Source of the DNA: Rhizobium sp. | Lineage (GTDB): Bacteria > Pseudomonadota > Alphaproteobacteria > Rhizobiales > Rhizobiaceae | NCBI GenBank assembly: GCA_019739215.1 | Contig: JAHHDR010000025.1 | Span: 8,959-72,958 of the forward strand | DNA length: 64,000 bases | Direction: 5' to 3' | Program-made: the position numbers and the translations under genes | In this document: piece after piece, positions 40,235 through 51,227 of the stretch | Position numbering within the stretch: position 1 is the first letter of the stretch | How the letters are laid out: every line of letters starts with the position of its first letter | Notes under the pieces: model-generated | What the model was told of the DNA's origin: nothing | Seen by the model: the letters and a program-made list of their open reading frames with translations, nothing else | Database searches by the model: none

Positions 40235-40313
40235 TAACGGACTGTTACAAAGCAAGGAAATATTTACCTTAATTCGCTCTTGGCGTGGCCATTACGTCAC
40301 GCCTGCGAACGAA

Positions 40314-40329
40314 GTAAACAGAATTTAAC
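40314..40329 (+). promoter_or_regulatory. Candidate CtrA-binding site upstream of bamA
   Basis: GTAA-N7-TTAAC, one mismatch to TTAA-N7-TTAAC. Confidence 0.4.
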
Positions 40330-40429
40330 CAACTGCCTTGCTTGTAGGGTAAAAGCGGTTAAAACGGCGGAGTGGCCCGGAAAGGCATGTAAAGTGCCGT
40401 CCGGGTAGCGGGAAAAGGGTGTGAAGTTT

Positions 40430-42757
40430 ATGAATGGTTCGAGATTTCTGAACGCGGCGTCTGCGATCGCGATGACCGCCGGTGTTTTGACATCTGCCGG
40501 AACAATGGTGCTTGTGACGCCCGTTGGCGCCGAGGCGGCCGTGGTGCGCAACATTTCGGTGCGTGGCGCCGAGCGGACCGGTGAGAGCGCCGTGATGGCG
40601 AGCCTGACGATCGTTCCAGGCAAGAACTTCTCGAATGCCGACATTGACCAGTCGATCAAGCGTCTTTACGCGACCGGCCTTTTTTCGGATGTCAGGATCA
40701 GTGTTTCCGGCGGCACGCTCGTTGTGTCGGTTTCGGAAAACCAGTTGATCAACCAGGTCGTCTTCAACGGCAACCGGAAAATCAAGGACGACAAGCTGCG
40801 GGGCCTCGTCAAGACCCAGCCGCTTGGACCGTACAGCGAGTCTCTCGTGGAGGCCGACCTCGAAGCGCTGCGTCGCGCCTATGCGGAAATCGGCCGTTCG
40901 GACGTCGAGATCACTACCCAGACGGTTGCCGTCGGGGGCAACCGCCTGAACCTTGCCTTCGTCATCAACGAAGGCGGCCGCACGAAGATCGACACGATCA
41001 ATTTCGAAGGCAACAACGTCTACAGCGACTTCCGCCTCCGGGCCGTGATCGCGACCAAGGAATCGGGTCTTTTCTCCTTCATCACCCGTCGCGACATCTA
41101 TTCCGAGGACAAGCTGCGCGCCGACGAAGAGGCGCTGCGCCAGTTCTATTACAACAAGGGTTATGCCGACTTCCGCGTGCTTTCCTCCAACGCGACGCTC
41201 GACCCCGAGACCAACACTTATATCGTGACCTTCCAGGTCGACGAAGGCGAGCGCTACCAATTCGGCCCGATCACTGTGGAAAGCACGGTGGACGGCGTGG
41301 ATCCGGAAGAACTCAGGTCGCTGACCGATTCGCGCGAAGGCAAGATGTACCGTGCGCGCGACGTGCAGGATTCGATGACCGCCATCTCCAAGCGTGTCGC
41401 TTCGCAGGGCTATCCCTTCGCGCGTGTCACGCCGCGCGGCAACCGCGACATGTCCAACCGCACGATCGCGGTCGACTATGTGGTAGACCAGGGCGAGCGC
41501 GCCTATGTCGAGCGAATCGAGATCCGCGGCAACACCGCCACGCGTGACTATGTCATTCGCCGCGAGTTCGACATGGCCGAAGGGGACGCCTTCAACCAGG
41601 AACGTGTCGCCGAGGCCAAGCGCCGTCTTGAGCGCCTGGGCTATTTCTCGAAGGTCGATATCACCACACAGCCCGGCTCGACACCGGACCGCGTCGTGGT
41701 GATCGTTGACGTCGCCGACCAGTCCACCGGATCGTTCGGCATCGGTGCCGGTTACGCGACCGGCGGCGAAGGGTTCATCTTGGAAGCCTCTATCGAGGAA
41801 AAGAACTTCCTTGGACGCGGACAGTACATCCGCGTGTCGGCGAGCGGTGGCGCGTTGACGCGCAACTACTCGATCTCCTTCACGGAGCCCTATTTCCTCG
41901 GCTATCGCCTTGCAGCAGGTTTCGATCTGTTCAAGTCGTCGAATTCGGTGATGGAGAACTACGCCTACGCCGACCAGGGCTTCTCGCTGCGGGTCGCGGC
42001 GCCGATCACGAACGATATTTCGTCGACGTTCCGGTATAACTACAAGGAACTGCGCTACACGTCAGACAGCTACTACCGCCTGTCGCAGCCCTATCGCCGC
42101 GTTGTCGATGGCTCGCCCTGGGTGCAGTCGTCCGTTTCCAACACGCTCACCTACAACACCCTTGATTCGACGATGCTGCCGCGCGAAGGCATCCTCGCCT
42201 CGGTCACGCAGGAAATCGCCGGTCTTGGCGGGGATTCGCAATACTACCGGATCAGCGGTCGTGCACGTGGCTATTACACGATCTCCGATGACATGGATCT
42301 GATCGGTTCGCTGTCGACATCGGCCGGCCACGTCGTATCGCTCGACGGTTCCTCGCTGAACGTGTTCGACCAGTTCGCTCTCGACTCCAACGATATCCGC
42401 GGCTTCGCTGACTCCGGTATCGGCCCGCGCATGCGCGGCGATCCGATCGGGGGCACGACTTACCTGACTGCGTCCGCCGAAATGACGTTCCCGCTTCCGG
42501 GCGTTTCTCAGGACTCCGGCTTCCGCGGCGGCTTTTTTGTCGATGCCGGCACGCTGTTCGGAAACGACGTCAAGGTCAAGGAACCGACCAAGGGCAAGCT
42601 GCATGGCGTCGGCATGGACTGGCGCGTCGCGACAGGCGCGAGCCTGATCTGGGCATCGCCCTTCGGTCCGCTTCGCGTCGACTACGCGATACCGGTCATG
42701 AAGCAGGACCACGACATCATTCAGAACCTGAAGTTCGGTATCTCGACCGCGTTCTGA
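40430..42757 (+). CDS. bamA: Outer membrane protein assembly factor BamA
   Basis: POTRA repeats, IRGF motif, SPFGPL and C-terminal Phe. Confidence 0.97.
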   Translation: MNGSRFLNAASAIAMTAGVLTSAGTMVLVTPVGAEAAVVRNISVRGAERTGESAVMASLTIVPGKNFSNADIDQSIKRLYATGLFSDVRISVSGGTLVVSVSENQLINQVVFNGNRKIKDDKLRGLVKTQPLGPYSESLVEADLEALRRAYAEIGRSDVEITTQTVAVGGNRLNLAFVINEGGRTKIDTINFEGNNVYSDFRLRAVIATKESGLFSFITRRDIYSEDKLRADEEALRQFYYNKGYADFRVLSSNATLDPETNTYIVTFQVDEGERYQFGPITVESTVDGVDPEELRSLTDSREGKMYRARDVQDSMTAISKRVASQGYPFARVTPRGNRDMSNRTIAVDYVVDQGERAYVERIEIRGNTATRDYVIRREFDMAEGDAFNQERVAEAKRRLERLGYFSKVDITTQPGSTPDRVVVIVDVADQSTGSFGIGAGYATGGEGFILEASIEEKNFLGRGQYIRVSASGGALTRNYSISFTEPYFLGYRLAAGFDLFKSSNSVMENYAYADQGFSLRVAAPITNDISSTFRYNYKELRYTSDSYYRLSQPYRRVVDGSPWVQSSVSNTLTYNTLDSTMLPREGILASVTQEIAGLGGDSQYYRISGRARGYYTISDDMDLIGSLSTSAGHVVSLDGSSLNVFDQFALDSNDIRGFADSGIGPRMRGDPIGGTTYLTASAEMTFPLPGVSQDSGFRGGFFVDAGTLFGNDVKVKEPTKGKLHGVGMDWRVATGASLIWASPFGPLRVDYAIPVMKQDHDIIQNLKFGISTAF

Positions 42758-42805
42758 TCTATCGGTCCGGCGCCGCCGCATGCGGAGGCGTCGGAATGGA
42801 GAAAG

Positions 42806-43870
42806 ATGATTATCCTTCGGAATTTTTTCCCGCCCCACGGGGGCATGCGCCTGGCAGAATTTGCCGGGTTGCTTGGTGTAGAACTGCGTGACCCGGCCGC
42901 GGCCGATCGAATGGTCCGATCGGTTGCTCCAGTTTATCGCGGCGCCGATGGCGATGTCTGCTACATCCTGAGCCGCAAGAACCGCGACGAACTGGAGACC
43001 AGCCAGGCGACGGCCATCATCTGCGCCGAGGAACTGGCGTCGCTGGTTCCAGCGCATATTGCCGTGCTGACCGCCAAGAACCCTCATCTTGCCTTCGCGC
43101 ACGCGGGTGCACTGCTGCATCCGGACGCCATGAGGCCAGCGGCCAATGCGGCCGGCGAAGGCATCAGCCCGCTGGCAGTCGTACATGCGACGGCGACGCT
43201 CGAAGAGGGCGTTTCGGTCGAACCCTTTGTCGTGATCGGCGAACATGCGACGATCGGTGCCGGGACCCGGATCCGGACCGGTGCGGTCGTGGGTGCGCAT
43301 GTGAAAATCGGGCGGGACTGCTCGATCGGCGCCCTGACCAGCATCCTGTGCAGCTATATCGGCAATGACGTCATCATTCATAATGGCGTCAAGATCGGAC
43401 AGGACGGCTTTGGGTATGCGCCAGGGCCGGCCGGTTTTGAGAAGATCGTCCAGATTGGGCGGGTCATCATCCAGGACAAGGTCGAAATTGGCGCCAATAC
43501 GACGATCGACCGTGGCACGATGGACGACACGATCGTCGGCGAGGGAACAAAGATCGACAACTGCGTGATGATCGGTCACAACGTCCGTATCGGCCGCCAT
43601 TGCGGCATCGTGGCGGGGGTCGGCATTGCTGGCAGCACGCGTATCGGCAACGGCGTGATGATCGGCGGCAAGGTCGGGATTACCGGTCATGTGACGATCG
43701 GCGACGGGGTTCAGATCGCCGCAATGACCGGGGTCGCGACCGACCTCCCGGCAGGCGGAAAGTATGGTGGCATTCCTGCGCGACCGATGAAGGATTTTCT
43801 CCGCGATGCGGTCGAACTGATGACCAGATCGGAGCTTAATCGAAAGAAGGGGAAGAAGGCGCATGAGTGA
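42806..43870 (+). CDS. lpxD: UDP-3-O-acyl-glucosamine N-acyltransferase
   Basis: Hexapeptide repeats; [17 protein letters not shown] and KIDN..IGHN. Confidence 0.96.
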   Translation: MIILRNFFPPHGGMRLAEFAGLLGVELRDPAAADRMVRSVAPVYRGADGDVCYILSRKNRDELETSQATAIICAEELASLVPAHIAVLTAKNPHLAFAHAGALLHPDAMRPAANAAGEGISPLAVVHATATLEEGVSVEPFVVIGEHATIGAGTRIRTGAVVGAHVKIGRDCSIGALTSILCSYIGNDVIIHNGVKIGQDGFGYAPGPAGFEKIVQIGRVIIQDKVEIGANTTIDRGTMDDTIVGEGTKIDNCVMIGHNVRIGRHCGIVAGVGIAGSTRIGNGVMIGGKVGITGHVTIGDGVQIAAMTGVATDLPAGGKYGGIPARPMKDFLRDAVELMTRSELNRKKGKKAHE

Positions 43871-44333
43871 GGATGTGAAAAGCACTCTCGGGACGGCAGA
43901 AATTCTCGAGATCATGAAACTCCTGCCGCATCGCTATCCTTTTCTTCTCGTTGACAAGATCATCGAGATAGACGGCGATGATTCAGCCATCGGCATCAAG
44001 AACGTGACGGCGAACGAACCGCAATTCACGGGCCATTTTCCCGGCAATCCAATCATGCCCGGCGTGCTGTTGATCGAGGCCATGGCCCAGACCGCCGGCG
44101 CCATCTGTGCCCGCAAGCTCGGCAGCAAGAACAGCCTGGTCTATTTCATGACCATCGACAACGCACGGTTCCGCAGGCCTGTGGTCCCGGGCGACCGCGT
44201 CGAGTTCCACGTGACCAAGCAAAAGCAGCGCGCCAATATCTGGAAGTTCCACTGCGACGCCACGGTCGACGGCCAGAAGGTTGCCGAGGCGGACATCGGG
44301 GCGATGATGGTGGACCAGGGTCCGACGGAATGA
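43863..44333 (+). CDS. fabZ: 3-hydroxyacyl-ACP dehydratase
   Basis: [11 protein letters not shown] and GHFP..PIMPGVL.IEAMAQ motifs. Confidence 0.97.
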   Translation: MSEDVKSTLGTAEILEIMKLLPHRYPFLLVDKIIEIDGDDSAIGIKNVTANEPQFTGHFPGNPIMPGVLLIEAMAQTAGAICARKLGSKNSLVYFMTIDNARFRRPVVPGDRVEFHVTKQKQRANIWKFHCDATVDGQKVAEADIGAMMVDQGPTE

Positions 44334-45142
44334 CGATTTCTTCCACCGCCCGCATTCATCCGCTCGCTCTCGTCGAGGACGGCGCGGTGATCGGCGACAA
44401 CGTCACGATCGGCCCCTTTGCTCATGTCGGGTCGAAGGTCGTGCTGGGCGAGGGCTGCGAGCTTCTCGGCCATGCGGTGGTCATCGGCCGGACGACGCTC
44501 GGCAGGAACTGCAAGATCCACCCGACCGCAGTCATCGGCGGCGACCCGCAGAGCGTGCACCATGCCGGCGAGGATACCTCGCTCGAGATCGGCGACAACT
44601 GTACCATGCGCGAAGGTGTTACGATCAATACCGGCACCGCCGGCGGAGGCGGCCGAACCATCGTCGGCAACAACAACCTGTTTCTCGCCTGCTCGCATGT
44701 CGCCCATGACTGCCGCCTCGGCAACGATATCATCATGTCCAACAGCGTGCTGCTGGCCGGTCACGTGACGATCGAGGATCGCGTCATTCTTGGCGGAGGC
44801 TGTGCCGTGCACCAGTTTTCCCGCATCGGACGGCAGGCTTTCGTCGGCGGGCTGTCGGGCGTCTCCTATGACGTCATTCCCTATGGCATGCTCAACGGCA
44901 ATCCGGGCGTCCTGGGCGGCCTCAATGTCGTCGGCATGACGCGTGCCGGGATCGAACGGGCGACGATCCATCGCGTGCGCCGGGCCTACAAGGAGATCTT
45001 CGAAGGCGAAGACTCGGTCCGGAAGAACGCGGAAAAGATCAGGCCCGACTATGCAGACTGCAAGGAAGTGATCGAGATCCTCGACTTCATTGCCGCCGAT
45101 GCCGACCGGGCACTGTCCTCTCCCAACCGAAGCAAGGGCTAG
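44330..45142 (+). CDS. lpxA: Acyl-ACP--UDP-N-acetylglucosamine O-acyltransferase
   Basis: Hexapeptide repeats; HVAHDC, LAGHV and VHQF. Confidence 0.97.
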   Translation: MTISSTARIHPLALVEDGAVIGDNVTIGPFAHVGSKVVLGEGCELLGHAVVIGRTTLGRNCKIHPTAVIGGDPQSVHHAGEDTSLEIGDNCTMREGVTINTGTAGGGGRTIVGNNNLFLACSHVAHDCRLGNDIIMSNSVLLAGHVTIEDRVILGGGCAVHQFSRIGRQAFVGGLSGVSYDVIPYGMLNGNPGVLGGLNVVGMTRAGIERATIHRVRRAYKEIFEGEDSVRKNAEKIRPDYADCKEVIEILDFIAADADRALSSPNRSKG

Positions 45143-45150
45143 AACCTGCC

Positions 45151-46021
45151 GTGGACCGGAGCGGAGCCCATGGCCGGTTGGCGATCGTCGCGGGCAGCGG
45201 CCGGCTTCCAGTCTGTGTCGCCGAGGCGGCCCGGGCGAATGGCGAGGAGCCGCTGGTCTTCCCGCTGATCGGCGAAGCGAATGCCGAACTGGAGCGGGTT
45301 CGAGACCCATCCCATCGGCATCGGCGACATTTCCGGCTTCAAGGCGAAGGCGCGGTCAGCGGGCGTCGATCGTATCGTGCTGTCCGGCGGCGTGCGGCTT
45401 CGCCCCGCCTGGAACGAGATCCGTCTGAACCTCGCGTCGATATGGCGACTGCCGAAGCTGGTCGGAACGCTGCTGCATGGTGGCGACAACCTCGTGCTGA
45501 CGACGGCGATCGGCCTGCTGGAAGATGATCGCATGCGGGTCATTGGCGCCCAGGACGTGGCGCCAGGCGTGGTGGCCGGCATCGGTCCCCTCGGTACGCT
45601 GGAGCCGGACAGGCAATCATTGGCGGACATACAAGCCGGTATGCGCGCGGCGCGGCTGCTGGGCGAACTCGACATCGGGCAGGGCGCCATCGCGGTGGGC
45701 GGACGCGTGGTCGCGCTCGAAGGCCCCGAGGGCACGGATTCGATGATATCACGGATCAGCGAACTCAGGATGCGTGGCAGAATATCCACGTCGCGCCGCG
45801 GGGTGCTCGTCAAGCTGTGCAAGCCGGCTCAGGACATGCGGGTCGACCTGCCCTCGGCCGGTCTCTCGACATTGACAGCAGCCCTGTCCGCCGGCCTTGC
45901 CGGTATCGCGCTCGAGGCCGGGCGGTCACTGCTGCTCGACCAGCCGGAGGTGATTGACTTTGCCAACCGCAATGGTCTCTTCATCGTCGGGATCGATCCG
46001 GACGCATCGGGAGCGCCATGA
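45151..46021 (+). CDS. lpxI: UDP-2,3-diacylglucosamine diphosphatase LpxI (apparent +1 frameshift near 45287)
   Basis: RLAIVAGSGRLP N-terminus in one frame; DIGQG..V...EG.EGTD and KPAQDMRVDLP in the next; located between lpxA and lpxB. Confidence 0.88.
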
Positions 46022-47175
46022 CCCTCAAGGTCGCAATCATCGCCGGCGAGGCCTCGGGCGACCAGCTGGGCGCGGGCATGGCGGCCGAGATCCGGCGGCA
46101 GAGCGGCGGGGACGTATCCTTCGTCGGCGTCGGTGGGCCCGCGCTCGAGGCCGAGGGCCTGCAGTCCCTCTTCGACATCGACGACATCGCCATCATGGGC
46201 ATCAGTGCCGTCATTGCCCGGCTGCCGCTGCTTGTGCGGCGGATCAACGAAACCGCCAGGGCCCTGATCGAGGCACGGCCGGATGTCCTGGTGATCGTCG
46301 ACAGCCCGGGTTTCACACATCGCGTCGCGAAGAAGGTCCGCAAGGCGCTTCCCGACCTGCCGGTGGTGCAATATGTCTGCCCGACCGTCTGGGCGTGGAA
46401 GGACTATCGCGCGGCGAAGATGACGGCCTATGTCGATCATGTCCTGGCGATCCTGCCCTTCGAGCCGGACGTGATGCAGCGGCTTGGCGGACCGCCGACC
46501 ACCTATGTCGGGCATCGTCTGAGGACGTTGCCCGCGATGGCGGAGGCGCGTGCGCAACAGGCTGCCCGTTCGCGCGACGGATCGGAGCGCACCATCGTGC
46601 TGCTGCCCGGCTCGCGCAGGACCGAGGTGGACCGGCTGCTGCCTGTCTTCGGCGAGACGGCCCTGCTGCTCTCAAGACGCGGATCATATCGTTTCATCAT
46701 CCCGGCGGTGCCCAGCCAGGCGCGCGGGATTGGCGATGCCGTCGGCGCTTGGGCAGTCCCGGTCGAGGTCGTCACGGGCGAAGCCGAGAAGTGGAAAGCG
46801 CTGGCGGGTGCCGATGCGGCGCTGGCGGCGGCCGGTACCGTGCTGTTCGAGCTCGCGCTGGTCGGCATTCCCACCATCGCAGGCTACAAGACCGATTTCT
46901 TCATCCGCCTGGTGTTGAACCGCATCCGGACATGGTCGGCGGTGCTGCCCAATCTCGTTGCGGGCTATCCGGTCTTTCCCGAGTTCTACGACGAGTTCCT
47001 GCGACCCGAGATGCTGGCGCGCATGCTCGACCGTATGTCGAGCGACACGCCCCAGCGCGCCGCAGTGATCGCCGGATGTGCCGATGTCCACGAGAAGACG
47101 GCGACGGACAGGCCAGCGAATGTTGTGGCTGCCGAGATCGCGCTGCGTTATGCGCAAGGAAAAAGCCCGGCATGA
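46018..47175 (+). CDS. lpxB: Lipid-A-disaccharide synthase
   Basis: AGEASGD, DSPGF, YVCPTVWAW and LLPGSR motifs. Confidence 0.96.
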   Translation: MTLKVAIIAGEASGDQLGAGMAAEIRRQSGGDVSFVGVGGPALEAEGLQSLFDIDDIAIMGISAVIARLPLLVRRINETARALIEARPDVLVIVDSPGFTHRVAKKVRKALPDLPVVQYVCPTVWAWKDYRAAKMTAYVDHVLAILPFEPDVMQRLGGPPTTYVGHRLRTLPAMAEARAQQAARSRDGSERTIVLLPGSRRTEVDRLLPVFGETALLLSRRGSYRFIIPAVPSQARGIGDAVGAWAVPVEVVTGEAEKWKALAGADAALAAAGTVLFELALVGIPTIAGYKTDFFIRLVLNRIRTWSAVLPNLVAGYPVFPEFYDEFLRPEMLARMLDRMSSDTPQRAAVIAGCADVHEKTATDRPANVVAAEIALRYAQGKSPA

Positions 47176-47183
47176 CCGGGCTT
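47160..47183 (-). terminator. Intrinsic terminator of gltA, overlapping the lpxB stop
   Basis: AAGCCCGG/CCGGGCTT stem with an A-run on + (U-tract on -). Confidence 0.6.
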
Positions 47184-47208
47184 CGTCAGATCAGGTAATT
47201 CGGCCCTA

Positions 47209-48503
47209 TCAGCCGCGCTTAGAAATCGGCATGTAGTCGCGTGGCGGCTCACCGATATAGAGCTGGCGCGGACGGCCGATGCGCTGTTCCGGATCCTCGA
47301 TCATCTCGTTCCACTGCGCGATCCAGCCGACGGTGCGGGCGAGCGCGAAGAGAACGGTGAACATCTCGGTGGGGAAACCCATCGCCTTCAGCGTGATGCC
47401 AGAATAGAAGTCGATGTTCGGATAGAGCTTCTTCTCGATGAAATACTCGTCCGAGAGAGCGATGCGCTCAAGTTCCATCGCCACTTCCAGCAACGGGTCG
47501 TCCTTGACGCCGAGTTCGCCGAGCACTTCATGCGTGGTCTTCTGCATGATCTTGGCGCGCGGGTCGTAGTTCTTGTAGACGCGGTGGCCGAAGCCCATCA
47601 GGCGGAACGGATCATTCTTGTCCTTCGCCTTTGCGACATATTGCGGGATCCGGTCGACCGAGCCGATCTCGCGCAGCATGTTGAGCGCCGCTTCGTTGGC
47701 GCCGCCATGGGCCGGACCCCAGAGGCAGGCGATGCCAGCCGCAATGCAGGCGAACGGGTTGGCGCCCGAGGAGCCGGCAAGGCGGACCGTCGAGGTCGAG
47801 GCATTTTGCTCATGGTCGGCATGCAGGATGAAGATGCGATCCATGGCGCCGCGCCAGAACCGGGTTCACCACATAGTCCTCGCAGGGGACCGCAAAGCAC
47901 ATGCGCAGGAAGTTGGCGGCGTAGTCGAGATCGTTCTTCGGATACACGAAGGGCTGGCCGATATGATACTTGTAGGCCATCGCCGCGATCGTCGGCATCT
48001 TGGCGATCATGCGCAGGCTGGCGACCATGCGCTGGTGCGGATCGGTGATATCCGTCGAGTCGTGATAGAAGGCCGACAGCGCGCCGACGCAACCGCACAT
48101 GACGGCCATCGGATGGGCGTCGCGTCGGAAGCCGGTGAAAAAAACGGCTCATCTGTTCGTGGACCATCGTATGGTGCGTGACGCGATAGTCGAAATCGGC
48201 CTTCTGCGTCGCGGTCGGCAACTCGCCGTAGAGCAGCAGGTAGCAGACCTCCAGGAAGTCGCCATGTTCGGCGAGCTGGTCGATCGGATATCCGCGGTGC
48301 AGCAGCACTCCCTCGTCACCGTCGATATAGGTAATCTTGGACTCGCAGGATGCGGTCGACGTGAAACCGGGATCATAAGTGAACGATTTCGTGTTCTTGT
48401 AGAGCGGTGTGATGTCGACAACATCCGGGCCGATCGACCCGGTTCTGACGGGCAACTCTACCGACGTGTCGTTGAGTGTGAGAACCGCTTTTTTATCAGC
48501 CAT
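47209..48503 (-). CDS. gltA: Citrate synthase (two apparent +1 frameshifts, about 48140 and 47850)
   Basis: [40 protein letters not shown] and YPNIDFYSG, spread over three frames. Confidence 0.95.
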
Positions 48504-48824
48504 AGGTGCCTCCGGTCTGGTCGAGGGCGGTGAGGGACCGCCTCGTTGTCGCGATTTTGCTATATTATATCGGTGCTTATGCCAACCAATACGAATGGAT
48601 GAATGTTGCATCGCCACAGCAGTTCTGGCACTGCAATACACCGAAATCAAAGAGAATCTTAGCGCGCTTCGATTTAATCGTTTGAAGCTTTCCGCAAGGT
48701 TGCGCCGCGTGTTTCGATCCCAGCCGATCATCCCCGTCCGTTGCCAAATTCATGTAAAGGTTGCAAAGTCTGTGTGGGCACAAGGCGGCACAGCGGGGCG
48801 CAGCCGTGGTAAGGGGGGCAAGAC

Positions 48825-51218
48825 ATTGCCGAACCTCTGGATCCGGACCTCGACGACGGGGCCGGCGCCGGCGATCTGCTGCCCGGCGCCATCCACCGGC
48901 AGGACGACGACGGGGAAGGGCGGAGGGCAGGCGACCGGGCCTTCCTGGGTGGCCTGCTGCGGCAAAGCGCGAACCGCATCCGCGCCTGGCTCGGGGAGGA
49001 GGTCGACTATGGCCATCTGTTCTACTGGATCCCGGTCTGTCTCGGTGTCGGTGCCGTACTCTGGTTTTCTGCCAACACGACGCCGTCGACCCCGTACATC
49101 GCTGCCATGCTGCTGCCCTGGATCTGCGGTGCCGCCATCTTGCGATACCGGCGACCGATCGTGGCGGCCGGTTGCCTGACCATCGCCCTGCTGTGCGTCG
49201 GAGCGCTGCTGGCGGCATGGGAGACCTCGCGGGCAGACACCGTCATCCTGGACAGCCCGGTAACGACGACCGTTACCGGCGTGGTCATCGGCCGCGAGGC
49301 CGTCGCGGGAGGCCGCTGGCGCTATTCGGTCGAACTGTCGTCCACGGAGCAGCCGATTCTGAAGCGCGCGCCAAGGAGGGTAACGCTGACATCCGGCGGC
49401 CGGAATCCGCCGCTCGCCATCGGGTCGACGCTGCGCGGCAGGGCCCGTCTGCTTCCACCCTCCGGGCCCGCGCTGGTCGGTCTCAACGACTTCGCCTTCG
49501 ACGCCTATTTCTCGGGGAGCGGCGCGATCGGATTTTTCTATGGGGCGCCACGGCCGGCACCTGCCGACACCGGCATTTCGTCAAACCTCGTCCGCCACAT
49601 CCGGCTTGAACTCGAGACCCTGCGCGGTGCGATCAGTGCGCGGATACGCACGGTCCTGCCTGGCGACACCGGCGCCTTTGCCGCCTCGATGGTCACCGAC
49701 GACCGGCGCGCGATCAGCAAGGAGACGACAGAGGCCCTCAGGCTGGCGGGGCTTTCCCATATCGTGGCCATTTCCGGGCTCAACATGGCACTGGCCGCGG
49801 GCATATTCTTCGTCGGGATACGCGGACTGCTCAGCCTCAGCCAGGGTATCGCGCATCGCTACCCCATCAAGAAGTTTGCCGCGGCGGGCGCTCTCGCCAC
49901 CGTTACCGGCTACTATCTGATCTCGGGATTTGCGGTATCGGCGGAGCGCGCCTATCTGATGATGGCGATCATGCTGGGGGCGGTGATGCTCGGCCGGCCG
50001 GCGATCAGCCTGCGAAATGCGGCACTGTCCGCGATTGTCATCATTGTCCTTTCGCCGTCGGCCATCCTGGGACCCGGTTTCCAGATGTCCTATGCCGCCA
50101 CACTGGCGCTGATCGCCGGCTACTCGATCTGGCAAAACAAGAGCGAAGGCGGCGAAGCCGCGGCGCAACGGGGTATTTACAGGCTGCTGGCGATCCCGTG
50201 GATGTTCGCCGTCGGGGTGTTCGCATCATCCCTTATCGGCGGACTTTCGACGGCCCTGTTTTCGATCGAGCACTTCCACCGCGTGGCCGCCTGGGGACTG
50301 CCCGCAAACCTGCTCGCCATGCCGATCATCAGCATTGTCGTCATGCCGGCAGCCCTCGCGGCACTGCTCCTGATGCCGGTCGGACTCGACTGGCTGCCAT
50401 TGAAGATCATGGGACTAGGGCTGGACGTCGTTATCTTGGTCGCCAAATGGGCTGCATCTCTCGGTGGTGAGGTCGCGGTCGGGCGGATTCACGGCTGGCT
50501 GTTTCTGGGTCTGACGCTGAGCCTGATCATGCTGGGAATCATGCGGTCGCGGTTGCGACTCGCCGGCCTGGTTCTCGGTACCATCCTGATCGGCATCAAC
50601 GCCGCCCTTCCGGGCGTGCCGCGTCCGGACATGGTGGTCCACGAGGACGGCAGCCTCGTCGGGCTGGTCAGGGGCGACCGGATTGCCACGACCGAGCTTC
50701 GACCCGGCGGGTTCATCTTCGAACAGTGGCAACGGGCCCTGCCGGTATCGCGACACGTTCAACCAATCGTGGAAGCGTCCGCCGACCCGGCGCCGGCCCG
50801 GCGCCAGTTGAGCGAGACTGAGAAGCGGCAGGAGATCGTCGCACTCGAACTGGATCTCGTGAACATGCCCTCGGGGCGGTTCCGGTGTCGAAAGGACCGA
50901 TGGTGCGTGGCCCGCAGCAGCAACGGCACGAGAATCATCGTCATAAAGATTCGCGACCTTGTCGGTGCGGCCTGTGACCGTGGCGACATGGTGATTACTC
51001 CAGCGCGACTATTCTGGAGCGATTGCCAGTCCGGCGCGAAACTGCTGTCACAGGAAGGCCTTCGCCGCAGTGGAACGGTGGAAATACGGTTTGACCCGGA
51101 TAACATTCGTCACTTTCGCATCCTTTCCGTGTTGGGTCAGGGTGACAGGCCATGGTATGTTCACCGGACTTACGACTGGAGAAGCGGCGAATTCTCGCAA
51201 GAGGGGAGCCCGCCATGA
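48825..51218 (+). CDS. comEC: ComEC/Rec2 family competence membrane protein
   Basis: GLSHIVAISGLNM, SAERA and GFQMSY motifs. The frame is open from 48813; the membrane N-terminus (WIPVCLGVG) lies upstream of the first ATG at 49107. Start uncertain. Confidence 0.9.
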   Translation: MAEPLDPDLDDGAGAGDLLPGAIHRQDDDGEGRRAGDRAFLGGLLRQSANRIRAWLGEEVDYGHLFYWIPVCLGVGAVLWFSANTTPSTPYIAAMLLPWICGAAILRYRRPIVAAGCLTIALLCVGALLAAWETSRADTVILDSPVTTTVTGVVIGREAVAGGRWRYSVELSSTEQPILKRAPRRVTLTSGGRNPPLAIGSTLRGRARLLPPSGPALVGLNDFAFDAYFSGSGAIGFFYGAPRPAPADTGISSNLVRHIRLELETLRGAISARIRTVLPGDTGAFAASMVTDDRRAISKETTEALRLAGLSHIVAISGLNMALAAGIFFVGIRGLLSLSQGIAHRYPIKKFAAAGALATVTGYYLISGFAVSAERAYLMMAIMLGAVMLGRPAISLRNAALSAIVIIVLSPSAILGPGFQMSYAATLALIAGYSIWQNKSEGGEAAAQRGIYRLLAIPWMFAVGVFASSLIGGLSTALFSIEHFHRVAAWGLPANLLAMPIISIVVMPAALAALLLMPVGLDWLPLKIMGLGLDVVILVAKWAASLGGEVAVGRIHGWLFLGLTLSLIMLGIMRSRLRLAGLVLGTILIGINAALPGVPRPDMVVHEDGSLVGLVRGDRIATTELRPGGFIFEQWQRALPVSRHVQPIVEASADPAPARRQLSETEKRQEIVALELDLVNMPSGRFRCRKDRWCVARSSNGTRIIVIKIRDLVGAACDRGDMVITPARLFWSDCQSGAKLLSQEGLRRSGTVEIRFDPDNIRHFRILSVLGQGDRPWYVHRTYDWRSGEFSQEGSPP

Positions 51219-51227
51219 GGCCATATC

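Noticed and set aside
42062-43915. 617-aa antisense ORF over bamA-lpxD
   Set aside because: Shadow ORF opposite well-conserved genes.
48138-48144. A7 tract in gltA as a phase-variation or programmed frameshift site
   Set aside because: A second independent insertion in the same gene, plus similar ones in uppS and lpxI, favours sequencing error.
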